From: Candidatus Omnitrophota bacterium
GTDB taxonomy: Bacteria; Omnitrophota; Gorgyraeia; Gygaellales; Profunditerraquicolaceae
DNA length: 64,000 nt
Assembly (NCBI GenBank): GCA_028717885.1
Contig: JAQUMX010000002.1
Coordinates: 12,237 to 76,236, forward strand
Reading direction: 5' to 3'
Position 1 is the stretch's first letter. The number at the start of each line of letters is the position of its first letter. The notes below the pieces were generated by a model that was not told the DNA's origin, searched no databases, and saw only the letters and a program-made list of their open reading frames with translations. Made by a program: the position numbers and the translations under genes. Shown one piece after another: positions 18,096-27,428 of the stretch.

Positions 18096-19917
18096 AAGCA
18101 TGCTGAAGAAGCTCGCTAAGACACTTGTATGGACTGAGAAGAAGAGCCTGGTTATTTTAACCGCAGGCACTATCCTGCTTTCCTTGCTTGAAGTTTTTAG
18201 TATTGGAATTATCCTGCCTATCATGGGCCTGATTATTGCTCCGGAAAAAATTCATAGTAACAAGCTACTGATTCTTGTTAACAGGTGGATGGGGTCGCTG
18301 GATGACAGGTTTTTTCTTATATTGCTTATTCTCTCCGCGATTATTTTGTTTATTCTGAAATCAGCCTACTCTGTTTTTATCCTTAATCGGCAGCAAGCGA
18401 TTGTTGGGAAAATTTATACCCGCCTGACTAACCAGGCATTGGTTGCTTACCTGAAGAAGCCATATGCTTTTCATCTGCTGAATAATTCCAGCGTTCTCTT
18501 TAAGAATGTGATTGTCGAAATTAGTGATTTTGTTTTAGGTTTTCTTTCTTCGCTGGTAGTTATCGGCTCGGAAATGATTGTTTTTCTGGGGATTGCCTTG
18601 TTGCTGTTTTTTACTTATCCAGCCGCTACCTTCGCGTTAGTAGGCTTGTTTGGCCTGGTCACTTTATTTACCAACCAGGTTTTTAAAAATAGGATTAAGG
18701 CATATGCTTCCAGGCGCCAGAGTTCAAGTGAGCAGATCTATAAATCAGCCTTGGAGGCATTGAATGGGATTAAGGAAATTCAGGTTTATGATACCTGGAA
18801 TTTTTTTAGCCGGCGTTTTCAGAATTCCACAGAGCAATATGCTTCTAACTCGGTCAAATTTTATACCGTATCTGCTTTATCCCGTACAGCATTAGAAGTA
18901 TTCCTTTTTGTTTCCGTTTTTACTTTTTTATTGATAAACATTATTTTAAAAGCAGATTACTCGCAGATGATTCCTGCAATGACGTTAATTGCCGTGGCCT
19001 CGATCCGCCTGATACCTTCGTTCAATAAAATCAGCATTAACATGAATACTTTGCATTATTATGCCAATAGCCTCGATATGGTTTATAGGATTGTGTTGGA
19101 GAGTAATGCTGTGGACGGCCATCAGAAACTTAAAGAACAGGCTCCTTTCGTGCCTCAGGGAGAAGACGATACCATAAGGTTAAGCAATATTAAATTTTGC
19201 TATGATAGCGCCAATACCCCGATCTTTGAAAAACTCGATTTTTCTGTTGCCATCGGCCGCACAACTGCGTTATTCGGCGCTACCGGTGCGGGCAAGTCCA
19301 CACTTATAGATATTATTACGGGATTATTGATTCCGCAAGACGGGGTATTCTATTATAAGGGCAAGCTGATTAATGAAAATAATTTTAAAGAATATATAGC
19401 CAAGGTCGGTTATGTTCCGCAGCAGGTCTTCCTTTATGACGATACGCTTGAGGCGAATATTATCTTTGGTTCACAGGGAGGAAAACCCGACCGCCGTAAG
19501 CTGGAGAAAGTATTAAAAATCTCTCAGCTTGATTCTTTGGTAGAGGAGCTGCCGCTTGGATTAGAAACTTTGATTGGAGATAAAGGGGCCCGGCTATCCG
19601 GAGGGCAGCGGCAGAGGATCGGGATAGCGCGTGCTTTTTACAGAGATCCTGAAATAATTATTTTAGATGAAGCTACCGGTGCTTTAGATAGGCTTACAGA
19701 GAGCAAAATATTTAAGGCTATCTCTGAGATGCCTGATAAAAAGACGTTGATTATGATCACCCATCGGTTAAGTACTATCGAATACGCTGATTTAATCTTT
19801 GTGATGGAACGCGGGAAAATAATTGATCAGGGGGAATTTTTGGAACTATCAAGCCGTTCTCAGGCTTTTAAACGGATTATTGAAAAAAAACCGCTTGAGA
19901 CGGCAAAGGAAATATAA
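18085..19917 (+). CDS. Fused TMD-NBD ABC exporter (MsbA/PglK-like)
   Basis: About 605-610 aa. Six predicted TM helices, then Walker A GATGAGKST, signature LSGGQRQR and Walker B IIILDEAT. The start is either TTG 18085 (GGAG 7 nt upstream) or ATG 18100. Confidence 0.85.
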   Translation: MGIKSMLKKLAKTLVWTEKKSLVILTAGTILLSLLEVFSIGIILPIMGLIIAPEKIHSNKLLILVNRWMGSLDDRFFLILLILSAIILFILKSAYSVFILNRQQAIVGKIYTRLTNQALVAYLKKPYAFHLLNNSSVLFKNVIVEISDFVLGFLSSLVVIGSEMIVFLGIALLLFFTYPAATFALVGLFGLVTLFTNQVFKNRIKAYASRRQSSSEQIYKSALEALNGIKEIQVYDTWNFFSRRFQNSTEQYASNSVKFYTVSALSRTALEVFLFVSVFTFLLINIILKADYSQMIPAMTLIAVASIRLIPSFNKISINMNTLHYYANSLDMVYRIVLESNAVDGHQKLKEQAPFVPQGEDDTIRLSNIKFCYDSANTPIFEKLDFSVAIGRTTALFGATGAGKSTLIDIITGLLIPQDGVFYYKGKLINENNFKEYIAKVGYVPQQVFLYDDTLEANIIFGSQGGKPDRRKLEKVLKISQLDSLVEELPLGLETLIGDKGARLSGGQRQRIGIARAFYRDPEIIILDEATGALDRLTESKIFKAISEMPDKKTLIMITHRLSTIEYADLIFVMERGKIIDQGEFLELSSRSQAFKRIIEKKPLETAKEI

Positions 19918-19942
19918 AAAACCTAAAAACACAGGAGAAAAA

Positions 19943-20779
19943 ATGCCAGTATTCATTATTGCAGAACTCGGGATTAATCATAATGGTGATATCAATATTG
20001 CCAAGAAGCTTATTGATGGGGCAGTTTTTTCCGGGGCCGACGCCGTAAAGTTTCAGAAGCGGACCATAGATAAAGTTTATTCTAAAGCAGAACTGGATAA
20101 AACCAGGGAAAGCCCTTGGGGTAATACTACGCGTGAACAAAAATTCGGGCTTGAATTTTCTGAAGATGAGTATGATGAGATTGACCAGTATTGCCGTGAA
20201 AAAAAAATTCAGTGGTTTGCTTCCGCTTGGGATATAGACAGCCAGGTTTTTCTTAGAAAATATAATTTAAAATATAACAAAGTTTCCTCGGCCATGCTTA
20301 CGCACAGAGACCTTTTGGAAAAGGTCTCGGAAGAAAAAAAATATACTTTTATCTCTACGGGCATGAGCAACATGGAAGAAATAGAAAAGGCAATAAAAAT
20401 ATTTAAACAGAATAAATGCCCATTTGAATTGATGCATTGTAACAGTACTTATCCTATGCCTGACATTGAAGCAAACCTTAAACTCATCCCGTTTTTTAAA
20501 GAAAAATTTGGTTGTCAGGTTGGTTACAGCAGCCATGATGTCGGCTTAATTACGCCTTGTGCTGCGGTAGCTTTAGGAGCTACTTCAGTAGAAAAACATA
20601 TTACCCTTGACCGGGCAATGTATGGTTCTGACCAGGCAGCTTCAGTAGAGATTATGGGTTTTTATCGATTGGTAAATTATATCAGGACAATTGAAAAAGC
20701 CCTCGGAGACGGATTAAAGAGGGTTACTGCACAGGAAGAAATCATAAAACAGAAGTTAAGAAAGGTAAATACGCTCTAA
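19943..20779 (+). CDS. NeuB-family nonulosonic/ulosonic acid synthase lacking the C-terminal SAF domain
   Basis: 278 aa from the ATG at 19943 (AGGAGA ribosome-binding site). The listed 19823 start overlaps the ABC gene. FIIAELGINHNGD signature. It ends about 60-70 aa short of canonical NeuB. Confidence 0.75.
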   Translation: MPVFIIAELGINHNGDINIAKKLIDGAVFSGADAVKFQKRTIDKVYSKAELDKTRESPWGNTTREQKFGLEFSEDEYDEIDQYCREKKIQWFASAWDIDSQVFLRKYNLKYNKVSSAMLTHRDLLEKVSEEKKYTFISTGMSNMEEIEKAIKIFKQNKCPFELMHCNSTYPMPDIEANLKLIPFFKEKFGCQVGYSSHDVGLITPCAAVALGATSVEKHITLDRAMYGSDQAASVEIMGFYRLVNYIRTIEKALGDGLKRVTAQEEIIKQKLRKVNTL

Positions 20780-20781
20780 CA

Positions 20782-21540
20782 ATGAAGCCATTAGTATATT
20801 CATTGATTCCGGCGCGCGGAGGCTCAAAGGGGGTACCAGGAAAAAACTTGCGTTTGCTTGGGGGTTACCCTTTGATTGCTTATTCTATCGCAGCATCAAA
20901 ACTTACCACAGGCATCCAGCGGACTATTGTTTCTACCGATTCACAGGAGATCGCTTTGATTGCCAAGGAGTATGGTGCAGAAGTGCCATTTTTGCGCCCG
21001 GCTGAATATGCCCGGGATACTTCGCCTGACTTGGAGTTTGTACTACATGCCTTAAACTGGATGAAAAAAGAAGAACGCCGGGTGCCGGATTACTTCGTGC
21101 ACCTGCGCCCTACGACACCTTTCAGAGACCCGCAGGTGATCGTAAATGCAATCAATATGATCGTGCAGCATCCTGAGGCAACATCACTACGCTCAGCTCA
21201 TCCGGCCGCAGAGTCCCCTTACAAATGGTTTATCCGGGAAGGCGGTTATTTTAAAAGTATTCTTTCGCAATCATCGAACGATGAAGCGAATAAGCCCAGG
21301 CAGTGTTTTCCGGAAGTTTACATCCCGGACGGATATGCGGATGTGCTTAAGGTCGCTTTTATCGACAAGCAGCAGGAACTTCTGGGGGAAAGGATGCTTG
21401 GTTTTATTTCTCCGGTTTGCCATGAGGTTGATCAACCGGAAGACTTGGATATCCTGGAATGGCAGTTAAAACAGAAAACAATGCCGGTATATGAATTTTT
21501 GAAGCAAAGTTTTCCTCAGAAAGGAAAAAATGTCGGGTAA
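20782..21540 (+). CDS. Acylneuraminate cytidylyltransferase family (CMP-nonulosonate synthetase)
   Basis: 252 aa. LIPARGGSKGVPGKNL signature. Confidence 0.8.
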   Translation: MKPLVYSLIPARGGSKGVPGKNLRLLGGYPLIAYSIAASKLTTGIQRTIVSTDSQEIALIAKEYGAEVPFLRPAEYARDTSPDLEFVLHALNWMKKEERRVPDYFVHLRPTTPFRDPQVIVNAINMIVQHPEATSLRSAHPAAESPYKWFIREGGYFKSILSQSSNDEANKPRQCFPEVYIPDGYADVLKVAFIDKQQELLGERMLGFISPVCHEVDQPEDLDILEWQLKQKTMPVYEFLKQSFPQKGKNVG

Positions 21541-22915
21541 AAGTTTTAATGTATCACCCTCAAGGGTTGTTTCGCAGAGAACTAAATTTAGAAGGATTAT
21601 TACGAGTATTCCCGTCCCGCAAAGCTTAAGCACCTTGCGGCGCTTGGGCCGTTATGAAGCTAGGTCTATGCATGGGCAACTTCCGGTTCTTTGGCACAAA
21701 GCAAAAGATTTTCAGGTTTATGATAAATTCGGAAACTGCTGGATCGATTTTACTTCTACTATATTTGTCGCTAACACCGGCCATGCTAATCCGCGCGTGG
21801 TTTCTGCTTTAAAAAAACAGTTAGCGCAGGGATTGCTCCATACTTATACCTTTGCTAGTGAGATTCGGGCTAAATTCCTGGAAAAGTTAATTAAAAGCCT
21901 ACCGTCGTTCTGCCAAAAGGCATTTTTGCTTTCTTCAGGTACCGAGGCAACAGAATGTGCGATAAAACTAATGCGCATGTACGGAATCGGAGTCAATCCG
22001 GAAAAAAAGGTAATTATTTCTTTCAAAGGCAATATGCACGGCCGGACTATGGGCGCTGAAATGTTAAGAGGCGATCCGGTTTTGTCGGATTGGATCGGTT
22101 ATAAAGATCCTAATATGCAGGCGCTTAATTTTCCTTACCCTTGGCTGGCTGATAGCAGCCGGTATGATTGGGGTTTGAAATTCAAGAAGGATATGGACCT
22201 TCTGTTAAAGCATGGCTTAAAGCCTCAGAATATCTGCGGTTTTATCATAGAATCCTACCAGGGGTGGGGGGCGGTTTTTTATCCCAAAGATTATATTAAA
22301 GCCCTTTGTTCTTTTGCGAAAAAGAACCGTGCACTGGTTACTTTTGATGAAATACAGGGAGGATTCGGCAGGACGGGAAAACTTTTTGTTTTTCAACATT
22401 ACGGAGTAACGCCGGATCTTATTTGTTTGGGAAAAGGTATTAGCGGGTCATTGCCTCTTTCGGCAGTAGTAGGCAGAAAAAAGATCATGGATTTGCCTCA
22501 AATTGGCTCCATGAGCAGTACGCATTCTGCCAATCCTTTGTGTTGTGCGGCGGGGCTGGCTAATCTAGAAGCACTGTCAGAAAATGATTTAGTCCGGCAG
22601 TCACAAAGAAAAGGCAAGCTGCTTTCTGAAAGATTGCTGCAGCTTAAAGATAAATACCCGGAGAGAGTATTCTGGGTTTCTGTTAGGGGTTTGTTGGCTG
22701 CGCTTATACTTAAAGACCCGAAAACCGGAAAGCCTGATGCGGATTTTGCCAACAAGGTATGCGAGAAGGCGATGCAGAAGGGTTTATTGTTAGTGCATAC
22801 CGGCAGAGAATCGATTAAGATCGGCCCGCCTTTGACGATTCCCGATGCGGCTTTGCAGGAAGGCTTGGATGTATTAGAAGAATGTTTCGAAGAGGTTGAA
22901 AGGCAGGCAAGATAA
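21530..22915 (+). CDS. Class III (omega-type) PLP aminotransferase
   Basis: 461 aa. SGTEATECAIKLMR and FDEIQGGFGRTGKLF. Confidence 0.8.
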   Translation: MSGKSFNVSPSRVVSQRTKFRRIITSIPVPQSLSTLRRLGRYEARSMHGQLPVLWHKAKDFQVYDKFGNCWIDFTSTIFVANTGHANPRVVSALKKQLAQGLLHTYTFASEIRAKFLEKLIKSLPSFCQKAFLLSSGTEATECAIKLMRMYGIGVNPEKKVIISFKGNMHGRTMGAEMLRGDPVLSDWIGYKDPNMQALNFPYPWLADSSRYDWGLKFKKDMDLLLKHGLKPQNICGFIIESYQGWGAVFYPKDYIKALCSFAKKNRALVTFDEIQGGFGRTGKLFVFQHYGVTPDLICLGKGISGSLPLSAVVGRKKIMDLPQIGSMSSTHSANPLCCAAGLANLEALSENDLVRQSQRKGKLLSERLLQLKDKYPERVFWVSVRGLLAALILKDPKTGKPDADFANKVCEKAMQKGLLLVHTGRESIKIGPPLTIPDAALQEGLDVLEECFEEVERQAR

Positions 22916-23346
22916 TGCAGGGTATCAGGCATACCGGAATCGTCGTTAGGGACTTAAAACGAGAAGTTTATTTTTATCAGCGATTGTTGGGTTTGAAAAT
23001 TGCGCGGTCCAACGATGAGCAGCCGGATTATGTGAAGAAGATTTTGAATATACGCAATGGCAGACTAAAAACAATTAAACTGCAGGCTAAAGACGGTAAC
23101 CTTATTGAACTTTTGTATTTTTCAGGATACCGTAGAAGCGGCCGTAGGCATGCACTTTATTTGCCAGGTTACACACATGTTTCTTTTACGGTAAAAGATA
23201 TTGATAAGCAGTATGAAAGATTAAAAAAGGCAGGTATAAAATTTTTATCAAAACCACAGCTTGCTCCGCACGGGTATGCAAAATTAGCCTTCTGCTTTGA
23301 TTACGAAGGTAACGCCATAGAATTAGTCGAGGAATTATCGAAATGA
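22915..23346 (+). CDS. VOC/glyoxalase-family protein
   Basis: 143 aa. IRHTGIVVRDLKREVYFYQRLLGL, a typical VOC beta-alpha-beta-beta-beta start. TAATG coupling. Confidence 0.65.
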   Translation: MQGIRHTGIVVRDLKREVYFYQRLLGLKIARSNDEQPDYVKKILNIRNGRLKTIKLQAKDGNLIELLYFSGYRRSGRRHALYLPGYTHVSFTVKDIDKQYERLKKAGIKFLSKPQLAPHGYAKLAFCFDYEGNAIELVEELSK

Positions 23347-24038
23347 AAAACCGTGATTATCTTTCCGTGGTTTACGACAAAAAACGAACGCCTGTTTCGG
23401 ATTATCCGCAGCAATTAGCAGGGTATTTATCGAAGAGGTTTAACTTGAAGAAAGGGATGCAGTTTTTAGAAATCGGCTCTGGCAGAGGAGATTTCGTAAA
23501 AGAGTTCCAGCACTATGGAATGGTTTGCTCTGCGGTAGACCGCCAGGCCGGATTAAATTACCCCGGAGTAAAATTTTTTCCTTGTGATATCTTGAAAGAC
23601 AGGCTGCCGTTCGGCGATTCTACATTTGATGTGGTTTTTCATAAGTCTTTGGTTGAGCATTTATATGAACCGGATAACCTAATGAAAGAAACTTACCGTG
23701 TGTTGAAGAACTCAGGTAAGTTGATTATTTTGACTCCGGACTGGGAGAGTCAGATGAAGGTATTTTACGAAGATTTTACCCACTCTAGGCCTTACACGGT
23801 TTTGGCAATGAGCGACCTTCTGAAGGTATACAATTTTCGTGCGGTTACTGCGGAAAAATTCTATCAGCTTCCGCCATTCTGGAGGCACCGTTTTTTATTA
23901 ATCTTTGCTAAAGTCCTCCAACTGTTTTTTCCGGTTAAGGCTGCCAGATGGCTTACGGAAAAAACGGGATGGAAATTTTTCCGTTTTTCAGTAGAGTTAA
24001 TGATTCTTGGTTATGGAGAAAAAAATAGTGCAGACTAA
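23343..24038 (+). CDS. Class I SAM-dependent methyltransferase
   Basis: 231 aa. Motif I FLEIGSGRGDF and post-I/II FDVVFHKSLVEH. Confidence 0.75.
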   Translation: MKNRDYLSVVYDKKRTPVSDYPQQLAGYLSKRFNLKKGMQFLEIGSGRGDFVKEFQHYGMVCSAVDRQAGLNYPGVKFFPCDILKDRLPFGDSTFDVVFHKSLVEHLYEPDNLMKETYRVLKNSGKLIILTPDWESQMKVFYEDFTHSRPYTVLAMSDLLKVYNFRAVTAEKFYQLPPFWRHRFLLIFAKVLQLFFPVKAARWLTEKTGWKFFRFSVELMILGYGEKNSAD

Positions 24039-24834
24039 AACCTTTGCCGGATTGGCTAATGTGAATGTCGAACTTACCTCGCGTTGTAATAAAGACTGCT
24101 GGATGTGCGGCCGCAGGGAGAGAGACAAGCTCTATAAGGACATGGCTTATGGCGACATGGATTTCGCGCTGGTGGAGAAAATTGCTTCGGAGCTTCCACC
24201 GGGAATTGTAATCCAGTTACACAATAACGGTGAGCCGTTATTATACCCAAAATTTAAAGAGGTGGTTACATTATTTAAAAAAAGAAACTTTATTACCAAT
24301 ATCGTGACTAACGGAGAGTTGTTGGTAGAGAAATCACAGGAAATTATCGGCATTCTTGATACACTGTCAATTTCTGTTTTTGAAAATGACCGGCGTGCGG
24401 ATATGCAGTTGAAAATAATCAAGGAGTTTATTAAATTAAAAGGCGAAAACAGCCCTTTTACTACTTTAAGATTTGTTGGCAGGGTAGATGAAGCAAAATA
24501 CGCCGATATCAGAATATTAAAAATTAAGAGGCTGTTACATTCTCCTAAGGGGAGCTTCGATTATAAAAGGAAAGATCCGACTATTCCTGAGATCGGGATT
24601 TGCCTGGATTTTTTGAACCACCTGGCCATTGACAGGAACGGCGATGTATCGGTCTGTGTGCGTTTTGATCCAAATCGGGAATTGGTGCTAGGCAACGTAA
24701 GGAATGAAAGTTTACTTGATCTTTGGAATTGCCGCAAAAGGCAAAACATGCTTGCTTTGCATGTTGCAGGGCAAAGAAATAAAATTCCTTTTTGTAGTAA
24801 GTGCCATTTTTGGGGGGTACCTACCGGCGAATAG
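24013..24834 (+). CDS. Radical SAM protein with a Cys-rich SPASM/twitch-like C-terminus
   Basis: CNKDCWMC (codons 24085-24108). C-terminal GDVSVCV ... CSKCHFWG. ATG at 24013; the listed ORF starts at TTG 24007. Confidence 0.75.
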   Translation: MEKKIVQTKTFAGLANVNVELTSRCNKDCWMCGRRERDKLYKDMAYGDMDFALVEKIASELPPGIVIQLHNNGEPLLYPKFKEVVTLFKKRNFITNIVTNGELLVEKSQEIIGILDTLSISVFENDRRADMQLKIIKEFIKLKGENSPFTTLRFVGRVDEAKYADIRILKIKRLLHSPKGSFDYKRKDPTIPEIGICLDFLNHLAIDRNGDVSVCVRFDPNRELVLGNVRNESLLDLWNCRKRQNMLALHVAGQRNKIPFCSKCHFWGVPTGE

Positions 24835-24836
24835 AG

Positions 24837-26225
24837 ATGAGAATATTGCTGATTGTTTATGATAATGATTCGCACCTGTCGAACTTTCCTTTTGGTATAG
24901 CCTATATTGCCGCGGCCTGCCGTAAAGCCGGGCATAAGGTGGAGATTTATAACCAGGATCTGTATCATTGGCCGGAAACCCATCTGCGGGATCTTCTAGA
25001 CCGGGAAGATTTTGACCTGGTAGGGATTGGTGTAGTTGGCGGATATTACCAGTATAGAAAATTACTTAAAATCTCAGAAGCGATAAATCAGTCAAAGAAA
25101 AGGCCTTTTTATTTGATTGGCGGGCACGGCCCATCCCCGGAACCGGAATATTTCCTAAAAAAAACAAAGGCAGACGCGGTGGTTATCGGAGAAGGTGAGG
25201 AAACGGTAGTAGAGCTGTTGCGCGCCTTGGAAGAAAAGCAGAGTTTTGTTGATGTCGCAGGGATTGCTTTTTTGAATCATGGTAAGCTCATCCAGACCCC
25301 TCGGCGTAAATTGATCAGCGATATTGATAAAATCCCTTTTCCCGCGTGGGACCTTTTACCGATGGATTATTACGCGCTTTTTCGCGCGGTAAATATCCGC
25401 AATAACCAGCGTTATATGGCAGTTTTGTCCGGCAGGGGTTGCGTTTTTCAGTGTGCTTTTTGCTATCGTATGGATCCGGGGTTTAGGCCGCGTTCGGCAG
25501 AAAGTATTATTGAGGAAATAAACATCCTTAAAAGCAAATACCAGGTTTCTTATATTGAATTTCTTGATGAATTATTCATGAATTCGGTAGAACGGACAGT
25601 GGGGCTTTGCGAAAGTTTTATTAAGGCTAAACTGGACATTAATTGGGCCTGCAATGGGAGGCTGAATTTTGCCAGGAAGGATGTCTTAAAGCTGATGAAG
25701 GAATCTGGCTGTGTTTTTATTAATTACGGCATCGAATCATTGGATGAGCAAGCATTGCGCCTGATGAATAAAGCGCTGACCGTTAAACAGATTACCGAGG
25801 GGATAGAGAATACTTTGGATTGCGGTATTAGCCCGGGATTTAATATTATTTTCGGAAATCGAGGCGAAACCAAGGAGTCTCTTAAAAAGGGAGTTGATTT
25901 TTTACTTAAATACGATAATCACGCTCAGTTAAGGACAATTAGGCCGGTGACGCCTTATCCCGGTTCACCTCTTTATTATTACGCGATCGAAAAAGGGTTG
26001 CTTAAGGATTGCGCCGATTTCTATGAAAAAAAGCATCTGAACTCTGACCTGCTTTCGGTAAATTTTACCGATTTAAGCGACAAAGAATTCCATCGTGCGT
26101 TATTAGAGGCTAATGTGAAGTTGATCAATAAATATTTTGAGTCTAAAAAGAAATCCGTGGTCAGGCAAAGCGAAAATTTATATTTGAATAAGGACGCCGG
26201 CTTCCGGGGTTACCGGCAAACTTAG
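24837..26225 (+). CDS. Cobalamin-binding (class B) radical SAM enzyme, paralogue A
   Basis: 462 aa from the ATG at 24837, 2 nt after the upstream stop. N-terminal B12-type domain with VIGEGEETVVELL. SGRGCVFQCAFCY at 25440-25463. Confidence 0.8.
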   Translation: MRILLIVYDNDSHLSNFPFGIAYIAAACRKAGHKVEIYNQDLYHWPETHLRDLLDREDFDLVGIGVVGGYYQYRKLLKISEAINQSKKRPFYLIGGHGPSPEPEYFLKKTKADAVVIGEGEETVVELLRALEEKQSFVDVAGIAFLNHGKLIQTPRRKLISDIDKIPFPAWDLLPMDYYALFRAVNIRNNQRYMAVLSGRGCVFQCAFCYRMDPGFRPRSAESIIEEINILKSKYQVSYIEFLDELFMNSVERTVGLCESFIKAKLDINWACNGRLNFARKDVLKLMKESGCVFINYGIESLDEQALRLMNKALTVKQITEGIENTLDCGISPGFNIIFGNRGETKESLKKGVDFLLKYDNHAQLRTIRPVTPYPGSPLYYYAIEKGLLKDCADFYEKKHLNSDLLSVNFTDLSDKEFHRALLEANVKLINKYFESKKKSVVRQSENLYLNKDAGFRGYRQT

Positions 26226-26233
26226 GGGTTGCA

Positions 26234-27421
26234 ATGGCTAAAAGTATAAACTACGCGATAAATTTTGATTTTGAAGAGGTGAATTCTGCGGCTTTTCGTA
26301 ACGCGCAACTGCATTTTCGCAAAAGGCACAGCGGAAAAACAGGTAAAATCATGGTGATCGTGCCTTATTATTTCAAGGACATGTTCTCTAACGCCGATTT
26401 GCTGGCAGTGATTTCGCCAGAAGTCCTTAAGCGTTACGGCCTTTCGCAATACCGTAGGATTTCCGAAGATATCGGTGACTGGAACAGGCGTTGGCCGGAA
26501 AGGATGAGAAACAGGTTATTAGAAATAACATTGGGGATGATTCCGGAAAGGCTGTCGCCGCTAAGAAGCGCGCTTTATTCAAGTATCTACTATAGTTACC
26601 GCGCGAGAAAATATTATGTTAACAGCGGGCTTGAGGCGTATTGCCTGAATTATCTTAAGCGCCAGCAATTCGATTTTAAGTATTTGAGGATTTCCGATTA
26701 TTTTGACGCTTCGACATTTAGAGTCGGTGATTTCAAATTGATCTCGCAATGGGACAGGTATCATCTTTTGATTGATATCATGATCCGTGATGCTAATCTG
26801 TACTATTATCATAGCGCTGATTTACTACAGGATTTATCTCAATGCGCCGAAATTAATCAAGAGCAGGTTGGAAGGCTTAAGGAGTTTCTGGATTTTAAAG
26901 GAAAAAAAGTTATTTTACGTACCAGGAATTTTTTGAAGAAAGCACCGGTACATAACAGCAAGCCGGAAATTTTTTATAGTCTTGCTAAAGGCCTGGTAGA
27001 GAATGGTGTTTTTGTTTTAAACCTAGGGTGCCCGTTGCTTAAATTTCCGATTGATAGCCCTAATTATTTTGAGATCGACCATAATATGCCATTTGGGCTG
27101 GAGCTTGCTTTATGCCAGAATGCAGACGCTTGTTTAATGACGGCTGAGGCCGGGATATTCCATGCTTTTGCGGCAAGCGCGATTACCTTGATCCAATTTG
27201 AAGAAGAGGCGCCAAAAATCGTCTATGCAAAAGAACCGGTATGTTCGTGGTTTGATTCTCGCAAGAAAATCGGCTTGCGTGATATCGACATCAGGGGAAA
27301 GATCGAATCAAAGGAATACGCCTCAGCTGTTAGGTTAATCATTGGGCATCTGGGGAATTCCACCCATCCTGAATTTTTTAAGCCCGGTTTTGATAAACCA
27401 CAGGTTATCCAGATCAAATAG
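26234..27421 (+). CDS. Hypothetical protein (no family recognised; C-terminal half possibly GT-B-like)
   Basis: A 395-aa ORF in the operon frame with tight spacing. No motif I can name. Confidence 0.55.
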   Translation: MAKSINYAINFDFEEVNSAAFRNAQLHFRKRHSGKTGKIMVIVPYYFKDMFSNADLLAVISPEVLKRYGLSQYRRISEDIGDWNRRWPERMRNRLLEITLGMIPERLSPLRSALYSSIYYSYRARKYYVNSGLEAYCLNYLKRQQFDFKYLRISDYFDASTFRVGDFKLISQWDRYHLLIDIMIRDANLYYYHSADLLQDLSQCAEINQEQVGRLKEFLDFKGKKVILRTRNFLKKAPVHNSKPEIFYSLAKGLVENGVFVLNLGCPLLKFPIDSPNYFEIDHNMPFGLELALCQNADACLMTAEAGIFHAFAASAITLIQFEEEAPKIVYAKEPVCSWFDSRKKIGLRDIDIRGKIESKEYASAVRLIIGHLGNSTHPEFFKPGFDKPQVIQIK

Positions 27422-27428
27422 GAATATA

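Noticed and set aside
19823-19942. N-terminal extensions in the ORF track. Listed starts 13747, 19823, 24801, 27342, 31734, 40870, 49073 and 55960 overlap the preceding gene by tens to hundreds of nt.
   Set aside because: In each case an internal ATG with a Shine-Dalgarno sequence or a stop/start junction gives the family-typical N-terminus, for example MPVFIIAELG, MRILLIVYD, MLKTKDIDVVILSGG and [11 protein letters not shown]. The upstream extension is Arg/Lys-rich out-of-frame read-through of the neighbour. I did not treat these as gene fusions or programmed frameshifts.
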